Shown here one piece after another: positions 1 through 8,603 of a DNA stretch of 64,000 nucleotides. The stretch is from a virus. Every line of letters begins with the position of its first letter. Within the stretch, counting starts at the first letter, position 1. The translations under genes were made by a program, and so were the position numbers. A model generated the notes under the pieces. The model worked only from the letters and a program-made list of their open reading frames with translations. It was not told the origin of the DNA and did not search any database. Where the stretch lies: the IMG/VR virus record IMGVR_UViG_3300031758_000006; one strand, written 5' to 3'.

Positions 1-601
1 TAACCACAATCTCTTTAAACTTATCGTTTAATACCTGTTGTAGTCTTTCTTTTGGCATTTTAAGTATCTGTGATGATACTCTAGGATCCATTTGTTCAAG
101 ATCTTTTATTTTTCTCTTCATGACCATTAATGGTACGAATTGGTTTTGTATCAGATCATTTAGATCAACATCGGTATAATTTAAAATATTTTGTTCTTTT
201 GCTGGTAATACGTCTTTAACCATATCGAAAGCTTTAAAATTAGCCTTAACTTGATTAATATCCGCTCCTTTATTTTTGTCCATAAAAGCTTTAAAAGTTT
301 CTGTAGACGCTTTTTTAGCTTCTTGTTTTTTCTTATACTCCTCTACTGTTGTTTTTAAATCGTTATATGTGTATTGTACGATATCTCTTCTATCCGGTGG
401 AAAAGCTTGTTTAAATCTTTCAAAATCTGAAATGAGTTCTCTAACATAATCCTCAGTTGGTGGGTTTGGGTCCCCCTCTGTCTCACCACTAAATTTATCA
501 ATCATTTGTTTGATAACTTTTTCAGACATAGCTTCCGATAAAAGATCTTTTCTTTTAATATTTTTAACTACCGTTTCGGATAATATCTTTATTAACTCCA
601 T
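1..601 (-). CDS. Hypothetical protein, 3' end runs off the window (MELIKILSETVVKNIKRKDLLSEA...)
   Basis: ATG at 601; frame read by hand is open to position 2; missing from ORF track because it has no stop in the window; preceded by TATTTAT and a TTGACA-N17-TATTAT promoter. Confidence 0.8.
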   Translation of the reverse strand, partial: MELIKILSETVVKNIKRKDLLSEAMSEKVIKQMIDKFSGETEGDPNPPTEDYVRELISDFERFKQAFPPDRRDIVQYTYNDLKTTVEEYKKKQEAKKASTETFKAFMDKNKGADINQVKANFKAFDMVKDVLPAKEQNILNYTDVDLNDLIQNQFVPLMVMKRKIKDLEQMDPRVSSQILKMPKERLQQVLNDKFKEIVV

Positions 602-628
602 GTTCGTATTTTATCAATAAATATGTTA

Positions 629-657
629 ATAATAACCTTTTTTTATTTATTTGTCAA
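629..657 (-). promoter_or_regulatory. sigma70-type promoter TTGACA-N17-TATTAT
   Basis: plus strand tgtcaa 652-657 and ataata 629-634, 17-nt spacer, upstream of ATG 601. Confidence 0.6.
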
Positions 658-683
658 TTTAATGTATTTATTTTTAGTAAAAA

Positions 684-845
684 ATGATAGAAATGAAGAA
701 AGCTACGGAAGTCAATGGATGTCGTAAATGTAATAAAGGATTTACAAAAACTCAAATAGGTATTGTTATAGTTTCCGGATATATTTTATTATCCTCAATA
801 TATGGTACAGTAATGTTGTTTAAGACCCTATTGGAGATGTTTTAA
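684..845 (+). CDS. Small membrane protein (53 aa) with CxxC and one hydrophobic helix
   Basis: MIEMKKATEVNGCRKCNKGFTKTQIGIVIVSGYILLSSIYGTVMLFKTLLEMF*; below ORF-track cutoff; fills gap, converges on dnaJ stop. Confidence 0.65.
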   Translation: MIEMKKATEVNGCRKCNKGFTKTQIGIVIVSGYILLSSIYGTVMLFKTLLEMF

Positions 846-1759
846 GTCCTTGTGAACTTAAGTATTAAGTTTACTACCAAATCACCCTGTGGTTGTTGTT
901 TAAACCCCTTATTTTTAACTCTTAGAGCTTTTGAGGTGTCGATTGTGTCTGGAAATTTTATTGACATGTCACCATCCGGGTGTGGTACAATAAAATCATC
1001 TTTTTGGATTTCATCTAAATTTAATACTTTATTGTAAATTAGGTTATTTGAAATCTTTTCGAACCCATTTTCGGGTGTTATTTGTACTCTAACCACCAAG
1101 TCACCGTACACTCCGTTTCTAAAATCACCAGACCCCTGTACTTTAACAAATTGACCATCGTCAATTCCGTGTGGTAATTTTATGTCAATTGTTTTTATCT
1201 CATCTTTATCACCAGTACCGTGACAAACGTGACAAGCGTTTTTAATAATCTTACCAGAGCCTCGACAAGTATTACATGTCATAGATACCATTTGAATAAA
1301 CATACCACTCCCCATTTGTCTAATGACGTTTCCGGAACCCCCACATTCGTGACAAACTAATTTATCACCTCCAGTTCCATTACATGGGTCACATTTTGAT
1401 TTTCGTTTAAAATTTAATTGTTTTACTTTACCTAAATAGGATTCTAATGTTCCAACGGTAACTGTGATTACAGTACTATGTACTTGTTGTCTTCGATTAC
1501 CCCTATTAAACATATTAAACATTTCATCGAAACCAGGAAAACCACCACCAAACGGATTTTGTCTGGACATGTCATATTGGTTCCTTTTTTGTTCATCACC
1601 AAGAATATCGTAAGCTACTGATATTTTTTTAAACTCTTCCTCACTACCACCAACATCTGGATGTTTTTCCTTAGCTAACTTTTTATAGGTTTTTTTTATC
1701 TCATCTTGTGTCGCTTTTTCACTAACACCTAAAATATCATAATAGTTTTCTGTATTCAT
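842..1759 (-). CDS. dnaJ: DnaJ (Hsp40) co-chaperone, type I architecture
   Basis: J-domain with HPD, G/F-rich linker, four CxxCxGxG repeats, C-terminal LPHGIDDGQ...GDL beta domain. Confidence 0.95.
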   Translation of the reverse strand: MNTENYYDILGVSEKATQDEIKKTYKKLAKEKHPDVGGSEEEFKKISVAYDILGDEQKRNQYDMSRQNPFGGGFPGFDEMFNMFNRGNRRQQVHSTVITVTVGTLESYLGKVKQLNFKRKSKCDPCNGTGGDKLVCHECGGSGNVIRQMGSGMFIQMVSMTCNTCRGSGKIIKNACHVCHGTGDKDEIKTIDIKLPHGIDDGQFVKVQGSGDFRNGVYGDLVVRVQITPENGFEKISNNLIYNKVLNLDEIQKDDFIVPHPDGDMSIKFPDTIDTSKALRVKNKGFKQQPQGDLVVNLILKFTRT

Positions 1760-1788
1760 TTGTATTATTTATTTATTATATTTATTAC

Positions 1789-2427
1789 ATGAATTATATC
1801 GTTGTTCTCTTTAAAAATAAAGAAAGAAAGAAAATAATAAAGAAATTTAAAAGATTTGATCGTGCTAAAAAATATTATGATCAATTAATTAAAAATAATG
1901 ACGTTATATTTGAAAAGGTTGTTGAGGAGAATGTTGATTGTACTTTTGAATTGTCTTTGCTTGAATTTAAACCTGTGGATCATACTCCGGTATTCATTAG
2001 GGATGAGATTGGTAGACAGTTTAAAGCTGAGGTCGATGATCCTGAATATAAGATAATAAAAATAAATCCGTTTAAACTGGAGGAGTTAATTTATGATGTC
2101 TCAAAGAACAAAAGAATATCATTTAATAAATTCATAACTGATTATATTTCTAGTAGATCATTAAAACTAATATCAAAAATAAACAACAAAATATCTATTC
2201 AAAATGACGATACCATAAATCTTTTCACATTTAAAACTGAATCAGAATCCTTTAGATTTTTAGAGATACTCGAGAAATTTTTAATCGATTCGGGTAATAA
2301 AAATTGTGTTTTAGTTTATGACACTAGTAAGACACAAAAAAAGTATATTTATGATATATTAAGTAATATGGGTGTTAGTAAAAGGAAATTGTATCGTAAA
2401 TACACATCATTTCCCGGTAGGAAATAA
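1789..2427 (+). CDS. Hypothetical basic protein
   Basis: 212-aa ORF, divergent from dnaJ, TATTTAT copies upstream, no competing real ORF. Confidence 0.75.
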   Translation: MNYIVVLFKNKERKKIIKKFKRFDRAKKYYDQLIKNNDVIFEKVVEENVDCTFELSLLEFKPVDHTPVFIRDEIGRQFKAEVDDPEYKIIKINPFKLEELIYDVSKNKRISFNKFITDYISSRSLKLISKINNKISIQNDDTINLFTFKTESESFRFLEILEKFLIDSGNKNCVLVYDTSKTQKKYIYDILSNMGVSKRKLYRKYTSFPGRK

Positions 2428-2736
2428 TTTACGAAACCAACTTACCCTCTTAGGTTCTTCCACTGGTTCTTCTACTGGTTCCGGTTCTTCCGATTTTTCT
2501 TCTTCGTTGAAGATACTCCCATTTAGAAAGACAATTTCTGTTTCCGATATATCTATTTTAAACCTCTTAAGGTTACTGTCGAATATGTTGAATATTGTTT
2601 TAGTTTTAGCAAACTCATATTCATCCATCTCAAATATTACTGTTGACTTTGATTTTGGGAACGTTGTTTGTATTTTATCAGTAACAACTGCTAACTCCTC
2701 TAAGATTTTGTTATCACTTTCATTATTTTCTCCCAT
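2407..2736 (-). CDS. Hypothetical protein with acidic EEP tract
   Basis: 109-aa ORF in a co-oriented run. Confidence 0.7.
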   Translation of the reverse strand: MGENNESDNKILEELAVVTDKIQTTFPKSKSTVIFEMDEYEFAKTKTIFNIFDSNLKRFKIDISETEIVFLNGSIFNEEEKSEEPEPVEEPVEEPKRVSWFRKLFPTGK

Positions 2737-2912
2737 AATGTTAATTTTTTGATTTCTATTGGTTTTGGTAGAATTTCAGATCTATCCATATTTTTTATCT
2801 GTTGGATAAATTTTAACTTACTTCGTTCAAGTTCTACTTTATCTTTTTCAATCTCACTGTTAAGCCAGTCTACTTGGCTCTCCAGTTGTGTCGGCATCTT
2901 CTTCATCGTCAT
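2700..2912 (-). CDS. Hypothetical coiled-coil protein (true start may be a downstream Met)
   Basis: 70-aa ORF overlapping neighbours. Confidence 0.6.
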   Translation of the reverse strand: MTMKKMPTQLESQVDWLNSEIEKDKVELERSKLKFIQQIKNMDRSEILPKPIEIKKLTLWEKIMKVITKS

Positions 2913-3300
2913 CTAGTTCAATCTTTTTATTGTTTGATTCAAACAGGAACGTTAAGTTTTGTAGGTTATCAAGTCTTTGTTTTTCAAAGATACTTTTTAA
3001 CTCATCCACTTTAGAGTTAAATAACCTTTCTTTTTCTTCTTTATCTTTGTTATATTGTATGATGTGAGTTATACTGTTAATTATATCATCAACAGATTCC
3101 TCAGTAAATTCACAAACAAATGAAAAATGTCTACTTCCTTTATTTGTACTATCATTCTCAATCACATTTTTCTCGTTTACATACTTTTTAAGTATCTTCC
3201 AGGTGAGTGGGAACTCAATATCAAATGATAAATAGTTTTTGAGTTTCCTTACGGATTGGATGTATGGGTATAGATGTTGGAATTCCTTGAATAAGCTCAT
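2860..3300 (-). CDS. Hypothetical protein
   Basis: 146-aa ORF, ATGA-coupled to upstream gene. Confidence 0.7.
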   Translation of the reverse strand: MSLFKEFQHLYPYIQSVRKLKNYLSFDIEFPLTWKILKKYVNEKNVIENDSTNKGSRHFSFVCEFTEESVDDIINSITHIIQYNKDKEEKERLFNSKVDELKSIFEKQRLDNLQNLTFLFESNNKKIELDDDEEDADTTGEPSRLA

Positions 3301-3488
3301 AGTATTTTAAATAAAAATGTTATTATATATGAAAGTAATAACCCGTAAAATACTAGACCTTTGTTTCCGATGTCTAAACTTTTTGGGTTAGAACTAAACA
3401 GTGATATTAATGTGACCATTAATAACCTAAATAGTGTTAGGGTTGAAAACACAAACACGAAAAACAATATTGATTCCAACCCTAACAT
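3297..3488 (-). CDS. Small two-helix membrane protein
   Basis: 63 aa, two hydrophobic stretches. Confidence 0.65.
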   Translation of the reverse strand: MLGLESILFFVFVFSTLTLFRLLMVTLISLFSSNPKSLDIGNKGLVFYGLLLSYIITFLFKIL

Positions 3489-3495
3489 AATTTAT

Positions 3496-3666
3496 TTAAG
3501 CTTTTTTAGTCTCCAAAATTTCACCTCTCAACGTCTGTAATAACGCTTTCAATTCTTGTGCTGTTTTTCTAGCTCGTGTTCCAGCACTTTTATTACCACC
3601 AAAAAACTTGGTAGTATCATTGTTTAGTGACTCAGTTAATGTTTTAATTTGCTCTAAAGTTTCCAT
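3496..3666 (-). CDS. Histone H1-like Hc1-family nucleoid protein (Bacteroidota type)
   Basis: Hand-translated 56 aa METLEQIKTLTESLNNDTTKFFGGNKSAGTRARKTAQELKALLQTLRGEILETKKA; KF.GGNK.AGTRARK..QELK motif; absent from ORF track. Confidence 0.8.
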   Translation of the reverse strand: METLEQIKTLTESLNNDTTKFFGGNKSAGTRARKTAQELKALLQTLRGEILETKKA

Positions 3667-3695
3667 TTTTAAAAAATTAATGTTTATTGATACTA

Positions 3696-3724
3696 ATTAT
3701 AGTCATTTTTAATTTGGTTGTCAA
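3696..3724 (-). promoter_or_regulatory. Perfect sigma70-type promoter TTGACA-N17-TATAAT
   Basis: plus tgtcaa 3719-3724, attata 3696-3701, 17-nt spacer, 30 nt upstream of Hc1 ATG. Confidence 0.8.
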
Positions 3725-3726
3725 CA

Positions 3727-4191
3727 CTATATATTTAAATTTTTATCTAATGACTTGTAAATGGTGTATATCATATCCACATCTGACCGAGTAAATGGTT
3801 TTTCACGATCAAACACATCGGAGAAAAATTTACCAATAGAATCTTTCATATTTTTATTATCTTGTTTATAGTATATCTCATCAAAAAATGATTTAAAATA
3901 ATCGTAATGGTCTCCATTTTGATTAAATTCCAACCCTTCCTTGGAGAAATTATCAACGGTTTTTTTCCAACACCAATCAAAATGTTTTTGGTTATCCTCA
4001 TCCGATAAAGTTATTTTAGTTTCATTATCCACATTTTCACCTAAATAAGTATCCATCACCAAATTATATAGTGAAATTGTGAAATCATAATATAACTCCA
4101 GTTTTTCCGGTATTATATTATTAGCGTTAAACCAGATGTCAACTTCATCTTGATCTAAATTTTTCGATAAGTAATTAAAAAAATTCTCCAT
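3727..4191 (-). CDS. Hypothetical protein
   Basis: 154-aa ORF; TTTACA-N16-TATAAT upstream (4208-4235). Confidence 0.75.
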   Translation of the reverse strand: MENFFNYLSKNLDQDEVDIWFNANNIIPEKLELYYDFTISLYNLVMDTYLGENVDNETKITLSDEDNQKHFDWCWKKTVDNFSKEGLEFNQNGDHYDYFKSFFDEIYYKQDNKNMKDSIGKFFSDVFDREKPFTRSDVDMIYTIYKSLDKNLNI

Positions 4192-4235
4192 AGGGTATCT
4201 ATGGAGAATTATAATAAAAGATATGTAAATGTAAA

Positions 4236-5711
4236 TTATTGTGTTTTTCTATCGTAAGATATTAAATTTTTAATCTTGTTAAATTCTTCATTTATTTTTT
4301 CCACTTTCTTTTCCTCTGCTGATTCCAATTTAATATTCATACCTTTACCTTTTTCGGTTCCTGGTTTTTCATTGAAGACTGGGCTAGTTACCCTTTTATA
4401 TGATTGGTTTTTTAACTTATTTAATGTTTTTCTTTCTTCAAATTTGTGAAATCTATCGTTGGCTTTTGATTTAAGTGCGTTTCCACCAGGTTCATTTCCG
4501 GTTTTACTAGACCCAAGATAATAATTTTTGATTGACTCTTCATTGTGATCAACCCCATCGGATACCGGTATTTGTAATCCACCAATTTCATAATTAAAGT
4601 CTTCACCCTCATCAGAAAGTTCAAAAGCTTTTTTATCCATATCACCATTAGCCATTGGGAACTCCTCTGGATTCATATCATATTTAATTTTTGACCCTGG
4701 TTTTTGATATTCATTCATTTTTTTGGTTAGAGCTTTAATATAGTCATCATTTTCATTACCAGACTCTTTATGTATCTTGTTGTATGTATCTAAACCTTTG
4801 TGTGATCTTTTCTTGATATTATCTTTTTCCTCGTTAACAATTTTTTCAATTATTGAGATAATTTCACTTTCGGTAAATAAAGCTGATTCTTTTACTGTTT
4901 TCTTTTTCTTACCTTTATTTGATCCTAAAAATCCACCAACATTAGCAGCAAATGTAGCCATTTTAATGACCTTGGTGTCGTTTGATTTCATAGCTTTGTC
5001 AATACATGATTTAGTCACCTCACCATCTTCATTAGTTAAATCTTGTCTTTCACACCATTTTCTAAAATTACCTTCAGTTCCTTTTTTCCCCATTTTACTT
5101 GAGTCTTTTTGTATGAATTTTTCAGAACTTTCATTTCTAACTTTATACTTTCTATCGTCAACAGTAAAATACTCATCGCCACGTTCTCTAGCTTTATTTA
5201 ACTCACCACTAAATTCATTACCTTCCCAAACATCAGATTCGTCAATTTCACGTTCCATTTCTAATTCATACATAATTTCTTCATCATCGTCATGTTTTCT
5301 ACTTCTGTTTGAGTGTACTTCCCCACCCATTATATCAGAGTCTTTGTAAAAATCCATATCTTCAGATTCTTTCATGTCTTTTCGTTTTTTAGATCTTAGT
5401 ACTTTAAGATCCTCAGCGTCTATTTCATCTTCAGGTTCAGCTAATTTTGCGATATTCTTTTGTTTTCTAGATAATGTTTTTTCTTCTTCCATTGACATTT
5501 TTGAATACCCACATTCGTTACACTCACCCTCAACCATTTCACCTAACCCACATTCGTTACACATTTTACTCTCAGCTGTATAATCAAATTCATTATCAGG
5601 ATTAATGTCTTTCATGTTCATTATTTTTTCTAAAACTTCCTGAGCTTTTGATTCCATACTTTCCCTTAAAAGTTTTTTAAATATACTACGTTTTAATTGG
5701 TCTTTTCTCAT
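4236..5711 (-). CDS. Charged low-complexity protein, possible prohead core/internal head protein
   Basis: 491 aa, E/K/D-rich, LxE sites near N-terminus, CxxC pair, EGNEFSGEL..AR..G..YFTVD module; TATTTAT upstream. Confidence 0.6.
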   Translation of the reverse strand: MRKDQLKRSIFKKLLRESMESKAQEVLEKIMNMKDINPDNEFDYTAESKMCNECGLGEMVEGECNECGYSKMSMEEEKTLSRKQKNIAKLAEPEDEIDAEDLKVLRSKKRKDMKESEDMDFYKDSDIMGGEVHSNRSRKHDDDEEIMYELEMEREIDESDVWEGNEFSGELNKARERGDEYFTVDDRKYKVRNESSEKFIQKDSSKMGKKGTEGNFRKWCERQDLTNEDGEVTKSCIDKAMKSNDTKVIKMATFAANVGGFLGSNKGKKKKTVKESALFTESEIISIIEKIVNEEKDNIKKRSHKGLDTYNKIHKESGNENDDYIKALTKKMNEYQKPGSKIKYDMNPEEFPMANGDMDKKAFELSDEGEDFNYEIGGLQIPVSDGVDHNEESIKNYYLGSSKTGNEPGGNALKSKANDRFHKFEERKTLNKLKNQSYKRVTSPVFNEKPGTEKGKGMNIKLESAEEKKVEKINEEFNKIKNLISYDRKTQ

Positions 5712-5734
5712 TTTTTATTTTTATTAATAAATAT

Positions 5735-6409
5735 CTAATTATTACGTTTATTCCATTCTGATAGGATAATTGTTTTAATTGTGTCAACGTCGATACCGTA
5801 TTTTTCAGAAACAGTGTTTATGACATTATTTAAAACCTCATTTTCAAATATGTTAAGAGCTTTAATATCCCCCTGATTACAGTATGGAAAACGTTTACAT
5901 TTTTTTTTAACCTGAACGAATTTTCCTCCCGGTATTTGTGTTTTTGATTTTCCTCTCCAATCTTTTTTACTTGTTGACTTGGCCCAGACCTTGGGTGTTG
6001 AGTATTGACCACTAGAAGCTGTTGACGTAGCCTCCTTGGTCTCAACTTTTTGGGGTTCACTAAACAACTTTGTGGAGTATGACATTCCGGCCGCACTACT
6101 TGTGGAGATTTCTTTAGTCTCCTCTTTTTTGTATTTTTTTGTATTGTTTTTTACGGATAAAAGAAAATCATTAATATCCCCTGGATCCTTTAAAAATTCT
6201 TTTATTTTAATCCTAATGGTTCGATTGGACAATTTTTTATCCCTAATCAATTTTAAAATTTTAACAATGTCACCTCTATCATTTAAGTAACTCAAATAAT
6301 CACCTTCTTTTTTATTTGTTTCTTCTAGGGCATTTTTTCTAGCTTCAAGTTCACCTGGTAATTCTTTTTTTATCTGATCAGTCAATTTATTGAGAACATT
6401 ATCCATCAC
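5735..6409 (-). CDS. Hypothetical protein
   Basis: 224-aa ORF, CKRFPYC motif, internal KE.STxSxxGxYST duplication. Confidence 0.7.
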   Translation of the reverse strand: MMDNVLNKLTDQIKKELPGELEARKNALEETNKKEGDYLSYLNDRGDIVKILKLIRDKKLSNRTIRIKIKEFLKDPGDINDFLLSVKNNTKKYKKEETKEISTSSAAGMSYSTKLFSEPQKVETKEATSTASSGQYSTPKVWAKSTSKKDWRGKSKTQIPGGKFVQVKKKCKRFPYCNQGDIKALNIFENEVLNNVINTVSEKYGIDVDTIKTIILSEWNKRNN

Positions 6410-6651
6410 ATACTTTTAAATTTAGATTCCCAAACATGTCTTTGTTGGTACATTATCGTATAAAACTCCCTAAATGACTTTATAACAAGGTCTTTAATAT
6501 CTCCCTCGATTTTTCCTCGTTTAATGTCCCTTGATATTCTATCAATAATTTTATCCTCAAATTGTTTATAGGTATTAGACCCAAAAAAGTCTTTTATCTC
6601 TTTTTTAACAATTGATTCAACCTCTCTTTTATCACTCTGAGTTAACGCCAT
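6406..6651 (-). CDS. Hypothetical protein
   Basis: 81-aa ORF coupled to neighbours. Confidence 0.7.
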   Translation of the reverse strand: MALTQSDKREVESIVKKEIKDFFGSNTYKQFEDKIIDRISRDIKRGKIEGDIKDLVIKSFREFYTIMYQQRHVWESKFKSM

Positions 6652-6652
6652 T

Positions 6653-7063
6653 TTATTTAAAAATAAATATGTAGGTTATTGATGTTAGTATCGCAGCACC
6701 AACAATTTCTATAATAGTTGTTTTTGTTTTTAATTTTCTAATATCATCTCTAAGTTTTCCATTTTCTTCATTGACAATTTTAAACTTATCCTCAGTCATT
6801 TTTATTATCTTAACGTTATTACTATCTTTCTCCTCTAGAACGTCGATAATACCATCCTGTTTTATTGATTTTTTTTCCAATTCAATTATCTCAAGTCTGG
6901 TTAATTTACTTTCATCCCGTAATCTATCTAATTCATTTAAATCTAATAGTATTTGTCTTCCTATAGTATACGGCAAACAAATCTGATTACTATCAACAAC
7001 ACCAGATTGTCCAAAAACCGTATATGTGTTGAATAAAATTATAAATGCTAGGAGTCTTTTCAT
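6653..7063 (-). CDS. Signal peptide + coiled coil + C-terminal TM protein (spanin-like candidate)
   Basis: MKRLLAFIILF N-terminus, heptad core, IIEIVGAAILTSITYIFIF C-terminus. Confidence 0.55.
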   Translation of the reverse strand: MKRLLAFIILFNTYTVFGQSGVVDSNQICLPYTIGRQILLDLNELDRLRDESKLTRLEIIELEKKSIKQDGIIDVLEEKDSNNVKIIKMTEDKFKIVNEENGKLRDDIRKLKTKTTIIEIVGAAILTSITYIFIFK

Positions 7064-7067
7064 AATG

Positions 7068-7421
7068 TTAGTATTTGTATCTTGTTTTAAACAGGCTATC
7101 CACCTGTTTAGCGTTAGCGTTTTTAATATCCTGGGATTTTTTATCGTAGTAGTTGTTTATAGTTTTTTTCTCAACTCTAATGTTGTTGATTGTAGAGTCT
7201 ATTTTTGATATATCTTTTTTATACGTTACGATCAATTTGTCCAGTTCTTTTTGTCTTTGATTTACTTCATTAATATTTTTATCAAGTTGTTCTAATTTAT
7301 ATTTAATTAACTCACTGTTGTCGGTGGTTTGACTATATAACTTTGTCAAAATAAATACAATTGTACAACTGAATACAATTAATAATATTTCTTTATAATT
7401 TTTAATTAAAAATTCTTTCAT
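7068..7421 (-). CDS. N-terminal TM + coiled-coil protein (i-spanin-like candidate)
   Basis: ILLIVFSCTIVFIL anchor then long heptad region. Confidence 0.55.
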   Translation of the reverse strand: MKEFLIKNYKEILLIVFSCTIVFILTKLYSQTTDNSELIKYKLEQLDKNINEVNQRQKELDKLIVTYKKDISKIDSTINNIRVEKKTINNYYDKKSQDIKNANAKQVDSLFKTRYKY

Positions 7422-8020
7422 AGTTCTGATAGTTTTTTTCTGTCAGCCAAAACCTTACTCCATTTTGACTTAAATTTTTCATAAAAAGTTTGTATTTTTT
7501 TTAATGTTTCAATAAAAGGTTCATCAACTTTTGACATTTCAGAATTTATATAGACACCTGTTGACTCACCAATTGAGAAAAAGAAGTCTAGGTCCATTTC
7601 AGTTATCTTACCTGACCATTCAACATTATTATCATAAACATTAAGTTTGTTGAATTCAACTAGTTCACTAACATCAGTTCTGAACTCGTTCATACTGTCT
7701 TGGAAAGCTTTCTTATCGTCACTTGTTAACTGTAATTGAGACTTATCTTTTGAGTGTAGGATCATTATCCCACCAGATATTTTAAATCCCCTAGTCTTGT
7801 CGGTTTTTGATTTTTTTTCATCGTTATCTTCAATTTCCTCATCAGAAACTTCAGCTGTTTCATAACCTGTCGGTTTTCGGTCCATATCGTCCAGATCCTC
7901 ACTTATAATACCGTAGGTTGATTTAATACGTGTAAATTCCTCATTTAATGATTCATTAGTTAATAACTTTCTAGAAGCTTTAAGTAAATCCCTAATTTCA
8001 TCTTGTCTATTCATCTTCAA
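7418..8020 (-). CDS. Hypothetical acidic protein
   Basis: 200-aa ORF overlapping both neighbours. Confidence 0.7.
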   Translation of the reverse strand: MKMNRQDEIRDLLKASRKLLTNESLNEEFTRIKSTYGIISEDLDDMDRKPTGYETAEVSDEEIEDNDEKKSKTDKTRGFKISGGIMILHSKDKSQLQLTSDDKKAFQDSMNEFRTDVSELVEFNKLNVYDNNVEWSGKITEMDLDFFFSIGESTGVYINSEMSKVDEPFIETLKKIQTFYEKFKSKWSKVLADRKKLSEL

Positions 8021-8603
8021 TTTTTTTTACAAACCATTCAAAATTAAAAGCTGGACTAAGATCAGTATTATATAACTCAAAATTACTTTTAGTTAAAATA
8101 CCCTCATGTCTTTCAGCTCCATTTATTTTTGTATTGTGTCCAATACATTTAAGTTTTATTGACATATCTTCTGACAATTTTTTACACAATAAAACACAAG
8201 ATTCCATTTGTTCTGTTGTGTATGGTTGCCAAAAAATATAATCTCTCCACTTTCTTTCAAAAATGTCCCCATTATAAATATCACCAATCCAATTAATGTA
8301 TGAATTTTTAAGTGGTACTTTTTCTAACCAACCTAGGTTTTCCAGTGATACCACCACGGACTCCTTATTCATCTTATCCAATGAAAAATATTTTAGGTAT
8401 TTTTCTGGACTTAATGTCTGGATGATTTTACCGTCCCTAGTTATTACGAAGTTTGGTATTTTTTTGTATTTTTTATTATTCCTGTATTTTAATGACTGTA
8501 TATAGTTTATTGAATTCCTACCGGTGTGAGTTAAAATTATTTTATTTTTATTGTTATTTACCTCACCTTGATCCGTAGTATATATGTCAATAATGTCAAT
8601 CAT
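8007..8603 (-). CDS. N-acetylmuramoyl-L-alanine amidase (Amidase_2 fold), putative endolysin
   Basis: IILTHT, FVITRDGKIIQ, SLEN.G, YTTEQ, IGH, TDLSPAF motifs in amidase order. Confidence 0.7.
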   Translation of the reverse strand: MIDIIDIYTTDQGEVNNNKNKIILTHTGRNSINYIQSLKYRNNKKYKKIPNFVITRDGKIIQTLSPEKYLKYFSLDKMNKESVVVSLENLGWLEKVPLKNSYINWIGDIYNGDIFERKWRDYIFWQPYTTEQMESCVLLCKKLSEDMSIKLKCIGHNTKINGAERHEGILTKSNFELYNTDLSPAFNFEWFVKKIEDE

